From Terriglobales bacterium (GTDB lineage: Bacteria; Acidobacteriota; Terriglobia; Terriglobales; Acidobacteriaceae), in NCBI GenBank assembly GCA_038210375.1, contig JBBQWT010000004.1:101343-165342 (forward strand): 64,000 nt of DNA. Direction: 5' to 3'. The translations under genes were made by a program, and so were the position numbers. The notes beneath the pieces are model-generated. The model did no database searches. It saw only the letters and a list, made by a program, of their open reading frames with translations, and was not told the DNA's origin. Shown piece by piece: positions 28,218-37,122 of this stretch; the stretch's first letter is position 1; each line of letters starts with the position of its first letter.

Positions 28218-28813
28218 ATTACCTGCCTATTAGTACGAGATAAGACCCGTGCAAGTTCCGTTCTTCCGCGATTGATGCGAGATTTCACCGTTCCTGCCGG
28301 AATTCGAAGGGCGGCGGCTATGTCGTTATAGTCCATGTCCTGCAAATCGCGCAGGATCACGGCTTCGCGCAGCTCCGGTGAAAGTAGCTGCAGGGCCTGT
28401 TGCACCATGTGCTGGGTTTCCTGACGGGTGAACCGCTCGGCCGGTGAAAGCGCGGGATCCACCAGCTTTTCGCCGAGGGTGAGCGAATCTTCCGACGCTC
28501 CCAGTGGTGAATCGATGGAATCGGTCACCCGGTCCTGCTTGCTCTTGCGAAAGTGATCCACCAGCAGGTTGCGGGTCATGGTGGTGAGCCAGGTGGTAAA
28601 GGCGCCGCGCCCCACGTCATAGCTGTCGAGGGTGCGATAAATCTTGATGAAAACTTCCTGGGTGAGGTCTTCGGCGCTGTCTGGGGAACCGGTAAAGCGG
28701 TAGCATAAATTGTAGATACGGCGGCTGTGCAGGCGGACGAGCTGCGCCCATGCGTCGGCGTCTCCGCCCACACAGAGTTTTACGAGCGCGTTGGTGGCTG
28801 CATTATCCTGCAA
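28214..28813 (-). CDS. ECF-type RNA polymerase sigma-70 family factor
   Basis: Region 2 (RIYNLCYRFTGSPDSAEDLTQEVFIKIY...FTTWLTTMTRNLLVDHFRK) and region 4 (LREAVILRDLQDMDYNDIAAALRIPAGTVKSRINRGR). Confidence 0.92.
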   Translation of the reverse strand: MQDNAATNALVKLCVGGDADAWAQLVRLHSRRIYNLCYRFTGSPDSAEDLTQEVFIKIYRTLDSYDVGRGAFTTWLTTMTRNLLVDHFRKSKQDRVTDSIDSPLGASEDSLTLGEKLVDPALSPAERFTRQETQHMVQQALQLLSPELREAVILRDLQDMDYNDIAAALRIPAGTVKSRINRGRTELARVLSRTNRQVM

Positions 28814-28864
28814 GCAAATCCCCTGGAGCGCGGCATCGATCCGGCGGCTGCCAGTCGAAGGCAG

Positions 28865-28891
28865 TTACGACAGGTGGGCCGTGGAAGTTCA
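28865..28891 (-). promoter_or_regulatory. Candidate ECF-type promoter TGAAC-N17-CGTAA upstream of the sigma gene
   Basis: The reverse strand reads TTTGAACTTCCACGGCCCACCTGTCGTAACTGC, about 50 nt upstream of the ATG at 28813. It resembles the GAAC ... CGT architecture of autoregulated ECF promoters. Confidence 0.3.
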
Positions 28892-29026
28892 AATCAAAAA
28901 GGTTCGGCGAGAATCTCCCACCCCGAAAAGTCCGGCAATACCAAACGTCCCGGAACCAAGATTTTAGATGGGAACGCGAGGCCAGGGAAAGGGAGCCGGA
29001 AAACCGCGCAGCTGCGGGCGCTCCGC

Positions 29027-30283
29027 TTATTCGCTGGCAAAATATTCGAGGTTTCGCACCGGATTCTCGAACAGCGAATAATCGCGGGTGACCACGGTGA
29101 TGCCGGTGTCGGTCACAAAGTATCGCTGCCGGTCAGCTTCGGGTTCAAACCCGATGACGCTGCCTTCGGGGATTTGCACGTCGCGATCGACGATGACCTT
29201 TTTCAGCCGGCAATGGCGCCCGATATCCACATGGGAAAAAATAATGCTGTGGGTGACATCGGAGTAGGAATTGACGCGCACGTCGGGCGAGAGCACGCAA
29301 TTACGCACCGTGGACCCGGAGATGATGCAACCGGCGGAAACGATGGAGTCGGTGGCGATGCCGGTGCGGCCGGCTTCATTGAAAACGAACTTGGCCGGCG
29401 GATACTGTCTCTGCAGCGTGCGTATGGGCCAGGCCTTGTCGTAAAGGTTGAAAACCGGGGAGACGGAGACGATATCCATGTTGGCGTCGTAGTAGGCCTC
29501 CAGGGTGCCCACATCCCGCCAATACTGCGCTTCTTTTTTGTTCTCATCGATGAAGTGGTAGGAATAAACCCGGGCGTCGTTGAGCAGCTTGGGCAGAATG
29601 TCGTGGCCGAAGTCGTGAGTGGAATCGGGATCGTCGGCGTCTTTCAGCAGCTCGCGCAGCAGCACGTCGGTATTGAACAGGTACACGCCCATGGAGCCTG
29701 AAACCATCTCGGCGTTATGCGGCGAGCGGAAGGCTGTTTGCTCCGGCTTCTCTTCAAAGCCCACGATGCGGCCCTGGGAATCAACGTCCACCACGCCGAA
29801 ACGGCTGACCTCATCGGGCGCAATGAGGATGGTGGCCAGGGTCACCTCGGCGCCGGAATCGTTGTGCTGTTTCAGCATTAACGAGTAGTTCATCTTGTAA
29901 ATGTGGTCGCCGCTGAGAATCAGCACGTGTTTGGGCTGCTCGCTGCCGATGGAGTAGATGTTTTGATAGACGGCGTCGGCCGTGCCCTGGTACCAGTTCT
30001 CGCTCACCCGCTTCATGGGGGGAAGCACTTCGATAAACTCGCCCAGATCGCGGGCCACGACGTTGCCCCAGCCTTCGCGGATGTGGCGATTGAGCGACAG
30101 CGCTTTGTACTGGGTGAGAATGTAAACTTTGCGCAGGTCGGAATTAACGCAATTGGAGAGGGTGATATCGATGATGCGATAGTTTCCGCCGAAAGTTACG
30201 GCAGGCTTGGCGCGGTCGCGGGTCAGGGGAAAAAGGCGCTCTCCTGCGCCCCCCGCCAGCAGGACTCCCAGGGTGTCCCTCAT
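29027..30283 (-). CDS. glgC: Glucose-1-phosphate adenylyltransferase
   Basis: LAGGAGERLFPLTRDRAKPAVTFGGNYRIIDITLSNC N-terminal signature and a C-terminal left-handed beta-helix. Length 418 aa. Confidence 0.93.
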   Translation of the reverse strand: MRDTLGVLLAGGAGERLFPLTRDRAKPAVTFGGNYRIIDITLSNCVNSDLRKVYILTQYKALSLNRHIREGWGNVVARDLGEFIEVLPPMKRVSENWYQGTADAVYQNIYSIGSEQPKHVLILSGDHIYKMNYSLMLKQHNDSGAEVTLATILIAPDEVSRFGVVDVDSQGRIVGFEEKPEQTAFRSPHNAEMVSGSMGVYLFNTDVLLRELLKDADDPDSTHDFGHDILPKLLNDARVYSYHFIDENKKEAQYWRDVGTLEAYYDANMDIVSVSPVFNLYDKAWPIRTLQRQYPPAKFVFNEAGRTGIATDSIVSAGCIISGSTVRNCVLSPDVRVNSYSDVTHSIIFSHVDIGRHCRLKKVIVDRDVQIPEGSVIGFEPEADRQRYFVTDTGITVVTRDYSLFENPVRNLEYFASE

Positions 30284-30390
30284 AACTTTTCTTGCCTATC
30301 GGAACTGAGATACGACGGCGAGCATGTTAACACAGCGGAACGCCGGTCAGGTTTAGGGTGCGGCCGGGCCATGCCCCATATCTTCACCAG

Positions 30391-30720
30391 CTAGCCGACG
30401 CTGATATGAAGGGATTTCAGGAACTGCATGTCCCGGGGATCCTGGGTGAAATCGACATCATGGAATCCCGCTGAAACAATGGATTCTTCCTGGCCGGCGC
30501 CTTTTTCGACCGTAGTGAAGCCAGCGGTAACATCCACCACCAGGAAAATATCATAGCCTTCGGCGCGCATCTTGCCGGTCACCACCGAGATGGGTTCAGA
30601 GTCAGCCAGACAACCGTCAATCGCTTCACTGAGTTCTTGCATTAAACGATTCAGCCGCTGATCCACTTTGGCCCCCTGAAACGTGGTACCGCTACAAGTG
30701 CAATGCGCCGTCGCCTGCAA
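30391..30720 (-). CDS. Hypothetical small protein
   Basis: ORF only. Codon usage is consistent with the neighbours. No motif recognised. Confidence 0.4.
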   Translation of the reverse strand: MQATAHCTCSGTTFQGAKVDQRLNRLMQELSEAIDGCLADSEPISVVTGKMRAEGYDIFLVVDVTAGFTTVEKGAGQEESIVSAGFHDVDFTQDPRDMQFLKSLHISVG

Positions 30721-30922
30721 TGGGATGATGCTGGGGTGGGACTGCGTTGTCCTTGAAGGCCAAGATTCTGGTTAAAGTCCGGCGCCTGGTTCCGCCACTT
30801 ATGCATACAGCCAAAGTATGCTTTGATGACCGAACATCGGCTTTCGCACGCTTATTCATCGTATCTCGGTCGACCGGCGCGGGACGGCAGGTTCAATCCT
30901 GTTAAACTTTTCTCTAAACCCT

Positions 30923-31282
30923 GTGTGGAATAAACCAGCCACCAAGTACGTCAGGGCCGTGGGCCGAATCGCCGGCCGATCGGCGGGCCGGAACCGGTAT
31001 GCCCGCGCCACCTGGTCGGGAGCGCGCACCACTCTGAAGGCTTACGGGCGCATCTTCCACACTCTTTTTCTGGAAGTCACCGGGGTCTTTTATTTATTTT
31101 TTGCGCTGGTGGGTACGATCGCGGTGGTGCGCGAGTATCGCGCCTGGCATAGCGGAAGGTTCGGACCCGGCCGGCTCGTACTCGCCGCCGGTTTTGCCCT
31201 GATGTTTCTGTGGTTCGCGGTCACCTCATTTCGCCGCGCGCGCAAAAAGTTCATGGTCACCGGAAAACAACCGGCCTCTTAG
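30923..31282 (+). CDS. Hypothetical small membrane protein (2 TM)
   Basis: Two hydrophobic helices ([18 protein letters not shown] and [16 protein letters not shown]). GTG start. Lies just upstream of the mutase gene. Confidence 0.45.
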   Translation: MWNKPATKYVRAVGRIAGRSAGRNRYARATWSGARTTLKAYGRIFHTLFLEVTGVFYLFFALVGTIAVVREYRAWHSGRFGPGRLVLAAGFALMFLWFAVTSFRRARKKFMVTGKQPAS

Positions 31283-31299
31283 TATTCCCCAGGAGCTCG

Positions 31300-32940
31300 A
31301 TGCCTCTTCCTTCCAGCAACCCGCGCCAAAATCCAGGTGAAACGCAGCGCGGCGCTAAGCCCTCGAGCGCACCTTCGTCCTCGAATTCGCCAAAAGCGGT
31401 TTACACTCCATCCGATCTCGCCGGCGAATCCGCGACCGCCATCGGATTTCCCGGAGAATTCCCCTACACCCGCGGCGTCCAGCCCACCATGTACCGCGGC
31501 CGCCTGTGGACAATGCGCCAGTATGCCGGCATGGGCGACGCTGAAGAATCCAACCGGCGCTATCAGTACCTTCTCAATCACGGAACCACCGGCCTTTCGG
31601 TGGCATTCGACCTGCCCACCCAGATGGGCATGGATTCCGACCATGCCATGGCGCTGGGCGAAGTGGGAAAAGTGGGAGTAGCCATCGATTCGATTGAAGA
31701 CATGGAACGGTTATTCGCGGGCATCAACCTGGAAAAAATTTCCACGTCGATGACAATCAATGCCACCGCATCCATCCTGCTGGCGCTCTATGTGGCCGTG
31801 GCTCGGCGCGCCCCCGGCAACGTCAACGTAAAACGCCTTTCGGGCACAGTGCAGAACGATGTGCTCAAGGAATACATCGCCCGCGGGACCTACATCTATC
31901 CGGTGCCGCATGCCATGCGGATCATCACCGACATGTTCGCTTATTGCGGCGAGCAGCTCCCGGAGTGGAACATGATCTCCATTTCGGGCTATCACATGCG
32001 CGAAGCCGGCTGCACCGCGGTGCAGGAGGTGGCGTTCACCCTGGCCAATGCCGTGGCCTATGTGCAGGCCGCGGTGAGTGCGGGCCTGGAAGTCGATCAC
32101 TTCGCTCCGCGACTCTCATTTTTTTTCAACGCGCACAACGATTTTCTGGAAGAAGTGGCGAAATTTCGGGCGGCGCGCCGCATGTGGGCTCACATTATGA
32201 AAGAGCAGTTTGGCGCGCGCCATCCCAAGTCGCTGATGTTGCGCTTCCATACCCAGACCGCGGGTTCGACCCTGACCGCGCAGCAGCCGGAAATCAACAT
32301 CGTGCGCACCGCGTTACAGGCGATGGCGGCGGTGTTGGGCGGGACCCAGTCATTGCACACCAACGGATTCGACGAAGCGCTGGCGCTGCCCAGTGAAGAT
32401 GCGGCCCGCACCGCGTTGCGCTCGCAGCAGATCATCGCCTTCGAATCAGGGGTGACGCAGACCGTCGATCCCCTGGCGGGATCCTATTTTGTCGAGTCCC
32501 TCACCAATTCCATCGAGCAACAAGCGGCCGCGTACCTGGAGAAGATCGCGTCCCTCGGCGGGATGTTGCAAGCCATCGAGCGCGGGTTCGTGCAGCAGGA
32601 AATCCAGAACGCGGCCTACCGGTTCCAGCAATCGGTGGATAGCGGGGAACAGGTCGTGGTCGGGGTCAACCAGTTTCGCAGCGAAGAAGAAAAGCCGTTT
32701 TCCATACAGGAATCGGCGCCGGAGCTGGAACGCATGCAGGTGGAACGGTTGCAGGCATTGCGCGCGCGCCGGGACCTCGCCCGCCATGCAGCGGCGATCC
32801 AGTCGGTGGAAGATGCCGCCCGGTCTGGTGAAAATTTGATGCCGCGCATCATGAACGCGGTGGAGAGCTATGCCACCGTGGGAGAAATCTCCGATGCCAT
32901 GCGCAGGGTGTTCGGCGAATACCAGCAGGCGGTGTTTTAA
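31300..32940 (+). CDS. Methylmalonyl-CoA mutase family, catalytic (substrate-binding barrel) subunit without a B12-binding domain
   Basis: Motifs [39 protein letters not shown] and [27 protein letters not shown] lies 4 nt upstream of the ATG at 31300; the track ORF starts at 31210. The protein ends before any DxHxxG cobalamin-binding module. Confidence 0.88.
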   Translation: MPLPSSNPRQNPGETQRGAKPSSAPSSSNSPKAVYTPSDLAGESATAIGFPGEFPYTRGVQPTMYRGRLWTMRQYAGMGDAEESNRRYQYLLNHGTTGLSVAFDLPTQMGMDSDHAMALGEVGKVGVAIDSIEDMERLFAGINLEKISTSMTINATASILLALYVAVARRAPGNVNVKRLSGTVQNDVLKEYIARGTYIYPVPHAMRIITDMFAYCGEQLPEWNMISISGYHMREAGCTAVQEVAFTLANAVAYVQAAVSAGLEVDHFAPRLSFFFNAHNDFLEEVAKFRAARRMWAHIMKEQFGARHPKSLMLRFHTQTAGSTLTAQQPEINIVRTALQAMAAVLGGTQSLHTNGFDEALALPSEDAARTALRSQQIIAFESGVTQTVDPLAGSYFVESLTNSIEQQAAAYLEKIASLGGMLQAIERGFVQQEIQNAAYRFQQSVDSGEQVVVGVNQFRSEEEKPFSIQESAPELERMQVERLQALRARRDLARHAAAIQSVEDAARSGENLMPRIMNAVESYATVGEISDAMRRVFGEYQQAVF

Positions 32941-32960
32941 GACGCGCGCGGAATAGAGCT

Positions 32961-33131
32961 TCAAGTCTCCGGCGCGTAATCGCAAGCCTCGCGGCATTCT
33001 TTGCAGTAGTAGACGCCGTCGGCGCAGAGCCTGACGTTGTTCAATCCGTAGCAAAGTCCGCAAAACTTATCGCACTTACACTTGTCCTCGGGTTGGAGAC
33101 AGACGTAACAGAGAAATTTGCCGCGGGCCAT
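32961..33131 (-). CDS. Untracked 56-aa Cys-rich ORF (10 Cys), metallothionein-like or zinc-ribbon-like
   Basis: My own translation of the reverse strand gives MARGKFLCYVCLQPEDKCKCDKFCGLCYGLNNVRLCADGVYYCKECREACDYAPET followed by a stop. It fills the gap between the mutase gene and the Met-rich protein gene. It is below the 60-aa cutoff of the track. The SD is poor (GAGG abuts the ATG). Confidence 0.4.
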   Translation of the reverse strand: MARGKFLCYVCLQPEDKCKCDKFCGLCYGLNNVRLCADGVYYCKECREACDYAPET

Positions 33132-33205
33132 CCTCGCAATGTATCGCGATTCCAGCGATTAGTCACTACGCAAACCACCCGTCTTCCAGGTTTGACCCTA
33201 ACCGG

Positions 33206-34753
33206 TTAACGCTGGTCTCCATAGGGCCTGATTCGCATGAACAGCACCACCCCGGTGGGATGCGCGCCATAGACGGGATCGAGAAACCGGGGAGCGTGAT
33301 AGAGCGTCACCTGCGCTCCCAGGGCCGTGGCCAGGTGAGGAACCAGGTCGATGTCGTGATCATAACCGACCGACCAGGCCTGCACCCGGGCGAGAAATTT
33401 CTCCTGAAACCCAGGCGGCCGTACCTGTTCCCCCAGCAGCAACTCGTTAGTGCGGTCAACGTTTTCGACCCGTCCCCAGAGATAATTTCGGGTCTTGAAC
33501 CGGACTGTGGATTCAGCGAGGTAACTGTTGAACGTTTCCTGGGATGAGGTCCGGTTGCGGCCCCACAAGATCGTGCTCGCCCAGTTGCCCTCAGCCAGCG
33601 GACGGTTATAGCTGATTGAAGATGTCATCCGCAGGATATCTTCGTTGGGATTGGTGGCTTCCGGGCTGGTCAGCCGGGTCACAGAAAATTGCCCGCTCCA
33701 GTTTTGCGCGGGATTGACGGTCAAGCGCGTGGCCCAGGAATCGATCTTGCCGGTGTCGAAATCCCAGCGGTGTTCATCGGGCTCGCGGCCGTGAAACCCG
33801 GAGCCTTCGAGGCGCACGCCGCGGTAAGTGAGGCCAACCGTCACCACATCGGCGGCGATGTGCGTGGAATCCTGCAGGTGGTGCCCCAGCACCGCCAGCG
33901 GATTTTCACTGGCGGAGCTGCGATGAGGGAATGCGGTGGGCCCGAAAGCGGGGTCGCCCGCGGGCGCGACATAAAACGATAGCAGTCCACGATCGCCCAG
34001 CTTAACGTCGTAGAGCGCCGCCAGCTCCATCAAGAAGTCGTGGGGATGCTGGCCATCGACGATGGGCTTGCCGAAAGCGGTTTCCCCTATCTGGAAAAGC
34101 TCAGGGTAGCGCCGGCCGGTGACCGTGGCCGGTTCCAGGCTGAACATGCCGCGCACGGTAAGCGTACCCGGTCCCCATTGTCTCTGCGCCATCGGCATGA
34201 GCCAATTGCTGGCGAAAACCTTGTCGAATCCCCGGGGACCGCTTTGCTGAGTGGCATTGAGAAATCCGACGCCGTGAAACATCAGCGTCCAGCCGTGCTT
34301 CATGGTCATGAGCATGGGCACGGGAGTGGAATTGGGTTCGGTAGTGGTGCCGGACGTGCCGTGATTGACGATCTGCTCGACAAGGGTGTCGGCGTGCATG
34401 TCCATTTTCATGCCGCCCTGCATGCCCGGCATCGGATGATCCGTGCCCGACTTATCCATGCCCTGCATGTCAGAACTCCGACCGGGCTGAGTAGTTTGCG
34501 GCGGGGCCGTGGTTTCGGCGGGCTGGGCGCTGAAGGGCGCGGCGGCGCCCGGCGCCGGAGTCGGCGGCGAATCTCTGGTGGCCGGGGGCGGAGTTTTCGC
34601 CGGCATCTTCATGCCCGGCATCATCGGGGGCTGCGTGGAATCCTGCGCCGGTTCAAGCAGGTTGGCGTATTCCACCGGGCCTTGCGCCATGACTGGTTGG
34701 CGGGCGATTAGACCCAGGAGCAGGAAAAGAGACAGAAGTCTTACCGTGCGCAT
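33206..34753 (-). CDS. Secreted Met-rich protein with predicted outer-membrane beta-barrel, CopB/PcoB-like architecture
   Basis: Signal peptide MRTVRLLSLFLLLGLIARQPVMAQG. Met/Pro-rich linker (PPMMPGMKMPAKTPPP...SSDMQGMDKSGTDHPMPGMQGGMKMDMH). About 380 aa of alternating amphipathic strands follow, rich in aromatic residues (LTVRGMFSLE, VVTVGLTYRGVRLEGSGFHG, NSYLAESTVRFK, GVVLFMRIRPY). Confidence 0.55.
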   Translation of the reverse strand: MRTVRLLSLFLLLGLIARQPVMAQGPVEYANLLEPAQDSTQPPMMPGMKMPAKTPPPATRDSPPTPAPGAAAPFSAQPAETTAPPQTTQPGRSSDMQGMDKSGTDHPMPGMQGGMKMDMHADTLVEQIVNHGTSGTTTEPNSTPVPMLMTMKHGWTLMFHGVGFLNATQQSGPRGFDKVFASNWLMPMAQRQWGPGTLTVRGMFSLEPATVTGRRYPELFQIGETAFGKPIVDGQHPHDFLMELAALYDVKLGDRGLLSFYVAPAGDPAFGPTAFPHRSSASENPLAVLGHHLQDSTHIAADVVTVGLTYRGVRLEGSGFHGREPDEHRWDFDTGKIDSWATRLTVNPAQNWSGQFSVTRLTSPEATNPNEDILRMTSSISYNRPLAEGNWASTILWGRNRTSSQETFNSYLAESTVRFKTRNYLWGRVENVDRTNELLLGEQVRPPGFQEKFLARVQAWSVGYDHDIDLVPHLATALGAQVTLYHAPRFLDPVYGAHPTGVVLFMRIRPYGDQR

Positions 34754-34882
34754 TAATCTTCCTCTTGATTGCCGCAGGGAGATTTTCCCTGAACGAAAAT
34801 CGGTTGGGTCAATACATGATGAATCGAAGCAGCGACGCGGATTACCTTCGCGTTCGATGATGGAAGCGAGAGGAAGAAAACT

Positions 34883-35323
34883 CTAGATACGCAAGGGAAG
34901 GTCGAGGTTTTCGCGCAGCAGGTCCAGCGGCAATGCCGCGGCAGGCAAAGTGGACCACGAAGCGGGAGCCACAAATTCCTCGACTGGCCGTTCCGGCAAA
35001 TCCATCGAGGCGACGAATGGTACGGTAAGCGTCGTGGGAGAGAGCTTGGTTATTTTGGAATGCGAGGTGCGCTCGCACGGCTGCGGATTGGATGGCAGTC
35101 TGTTACCCCGCGAAGGCACAACCCGGTGGGGCTGGCAGTGGGACATTGCTGAAGCGTGCACCACTGCGGGACTTGCCGGAGCAACGCTCGGCGTCATCAC
35201 GGTATGAAACCCGGTGGCAGGCGGTACGGTTGACGCCAGGCAATCGGCGTCGCACCACGGGCCCATCAGGACCATGGCCACGAAAATCGCGAGGCAACTG
35301 CTTGTCAGGGTGCGAGTCATCAA
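34883..35323 (-). CDS. Hypothetical small secreted protein (His/Cys/Met-containing)
   Basis: N-terminal hydrophobic signal (LTSSCLAIFVAMVLMG). Contains HASAMSHCQPH. Same strand as, and upstream of, the Met-rich barrel gene. Confidence 0.4.
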   Translation of the reverse strand: MMTRTLTSSCLAIFVAMVLMGPWCDADCLASTVPPATGFHTVMTPSVAPASPAVVHASAMSHCQPHRVVPSRGNRLPSNPQPCERTSHSKITKLSPTTLTVPFVASMDLPERPVEEFVAPASWSTLPAAALPLDLLRENLDLPLRI

Positions 35324-35469
35324 CGGAGTTGGGTTAGATGCCGGCTAATGGTCGGGAGATTCCATACCTGGCTGGGGATACAAGAAGATTTTCCTCATGG
35401 ATAATTTCCCGCGCGATTTTGCCTGCATGAACATCTGCCCGCCGAGTCGTTGACCCTTTTAAAAAGCGC

Positions 35470-36690
35470 GTGTTAACGTTGAATCATCGGCTTTTCTTAC
35501 CAGCAAAACTGCCGCCCAGGACCTTATATTTGTCTACTTCTCCCCCAACCCCGGCCCCCGCTCCTCTGCGCAAGACTGCGCTCAACCCCGTGCACCGTCA
35601 GATGGGCGCAAAGATGGTTGATTTCGGGGGATGGGACATGCCGGTGGAGTATCCCTTGCATGGCGGTTTAATCAAAGAACATATGGCGGTGCGAACCGGG
35701 GTGGGCGTCTTCGACGTCAGCCACATGGGCGACATTCTCATCCGCGGCCCGCAGTCGCTCGAAGCCGTGCAGCACATCAGCATGAACGACGCTTCGCGGC
35801 TGGCCGTCGGGCAGGCGCATTACTCCGCGCTGCTTTATCCCGAAGGAACGTTCGTCGATGACGTGGTGGTGCACAAGCTCGGCCAGAACGACTACCTGCT
35901 GGTCATCAACGCCGGCACCCGCGAAAAAGATTATGGCTGGGTGCGCAAGAACGTGCAGGGTTATCGCGGCCATGCCGATGATATCGGCGATTACTACACC
36001 CAACTGGCGATCCAGGGCCCGCGCGCTGTCGACGTTCTGCGTAAGCTCACTGCCGTAAATCTCGACGTCATCAAGAATTACTGGTTCACCCACGGCACGG
36101 TCTGCGGTTTGCCCAACGTCATGGTCGCGCGCACCGGCTATACCGGTGAAGATGGGTTTGAGATCTACGTGCCCTCCGACGCCAAAACCAGCGCCGACGT
36201 GTGGCAGCAGGTATTGGATGCGGGCAAGGAATTCGGCATTTTGCCGTGCGGGTTGGGAGCACGCAACACTTTGCGGCTGGAATCGAAGATGGCGCTTTAC
36301 GGCCATGAGATTTCAGAATCAATCAACGTATGGGAAGCCGGGCTCGACCGCTTCTGCAAACTGGAAAAAGGCGAGTTCATCGGCTCCGCGGCCCTCAAAA
36401 AAGCGCAGCAGAGCGTCCCCACGCGCGCGCTGGTTGGCCTGGAAGTGATCGAGCGCGGCATTGCCCGCGACGGCTATAAGATCGTGGATGACGGCGGCGC
36501 CCAGATTGGCGACGTCACCAGCGGATCCTATTCTCCATTTCTCAAGAAAAGTATCGCGCTGGCATACGTGCCGCCCGCGCTGGCAAAACTTGAAACCGTG
36601 GTAAACGTAGAAATCCGCGAACAGAAGGTAAAAGCCAAGGTCGTACCCACTCCTTTTTATAAGAAGCCGGCAAAACCCAAAGCAGTCTGA
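35470..36690 (+). CDS. gcvT: Glycine cleavage system T protein (aminomethyltransferase)
   Basis: LRKTALNPVHRQMGAKMVDFGGWDMPVEY followed by GVFDVSHMG. The true start is uncertain: GTG at 35470 or an in-frame TTG near 35532. Confidence 0.9.
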   Translation: MLTLNHRLFLPAKLPPRTLYLSTSPPTPAPAPLRKTALNPVHRQMGAKMVDFGGWDMPVEYPLHGGLIKEHMAVRTGVGVFDVSHMGDILIRGPQSLEAVQHISMNDASRLAVGQAHYSALLYPEGTFVDDVVVHKLGQNDYLLVINAGTREKDYGWVRKNVQGYRGHADDIGDYYTQLAIQGPRAVDVLRKLTAVNLDVIKNYWFTHGTVCGLPNVMVARTGYTGEDGFEIYVPSDAKTSADVWQQVLDAGKEFGILPCGLGARNTLRLESKMALYGHEISESINVWEAGLDRFCKLEKGEFIGSAALKKAQQSVPTRALVGLEVIERGIARDGYKIVDDGGAQIGDVTSGSYSPFLKKSIALAYVPPALAKLETVVNVEIREQKVKAKVVPTPFYKKPAKPKAV

Positions 36691-36727
36691 TCATTGACTG
36701 ATCTTTCTTCAGCGAGGAACCAACGCC

Positions 36728-37117
36728 ATGACTTACCCGGAAAAATATAAGTACACCAAAGAGCACGAGTGGGTGGAGGTCGCCGGCCAGACCGGCACAG
36801 TCGGCATCACTCACTATGCCCAGGAATCACTGGGCGACATCGTGTTCGTCGATCTGCCCAAAGTCGGCGCCGAAGTAAAGAAGGGCCAGAGCTTTGGTTC
36901 TATCGAATCGGTCAAGGCGGTCTCCGAGATATTTTCCCCGGTGTCGGGCAAAATCACCGCGGTCAACGACGAATTGAACACTGCGCCGGAAAAAATCAAC
37001 AGCGACGCCCACAGCGCATGGCTGATCAAGGTCGCCCTGGCCGCCAACCAGGACGCTGCCGGCCTGATGTCGTCCGCCGACTACGAAAAATATGTTGCGG
37101 AAGAAGGCGCCCACTAA
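36728..37117 (+). CDS. gcvH: Glycine cleavage system H protein
   Basis: YTKEHEWV motif and the lipoyl-lysine motif [10 protein letters not shown]. Length 129 aa. Confidence 0.95.
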   Translation: MTYPEKYKYTKEHEWVEVAGQTGTVGITHYAQESLGDIVFVDLPKVGAEVKKGQSFGSIESVKAVSEIFSPVSGKITAVNDELNTAPEKINSDAHSAWLIKVALAANQDAAGLMSSADYEKYVAEEGAH

Positions 37118-37122
37118 CCAGC

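Noticed and set aside
28998-29020. Possible rho-independent terminator after glgC (CCGCGCAGCTGCGGG palindrome plus T-run on the minus strand)
   Set aside because: Once a loop is allowed, only about 4 bp of stem can form. This is too weak to call.
35324-35469. Possible glycine riboswitch upstream of gcvT
   Set aside because: I looked for the conserved GGAGAG ... ACCGAAGGGGCAA-type cores and did not see them. An Rfam/Infernal scan would be decisive, and I cannot run it.
36769-37122. Upstream 118-codon extension of the gcvPA ORF in the track (574 aa)
   Set aside because: It overlaps gcvH in another frame and is Arg/Gly-rich. The canonical MRYLPKS start lies at 37123, just after the gcvH stop. 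Similar over-extensions were trimmed for gcvPB (38427), trpD (41689), trpS (44494), rluB (47475), the mutase (31210), the DUF4097 protein (26128), hpf (8894) and the hydrolase (53459).
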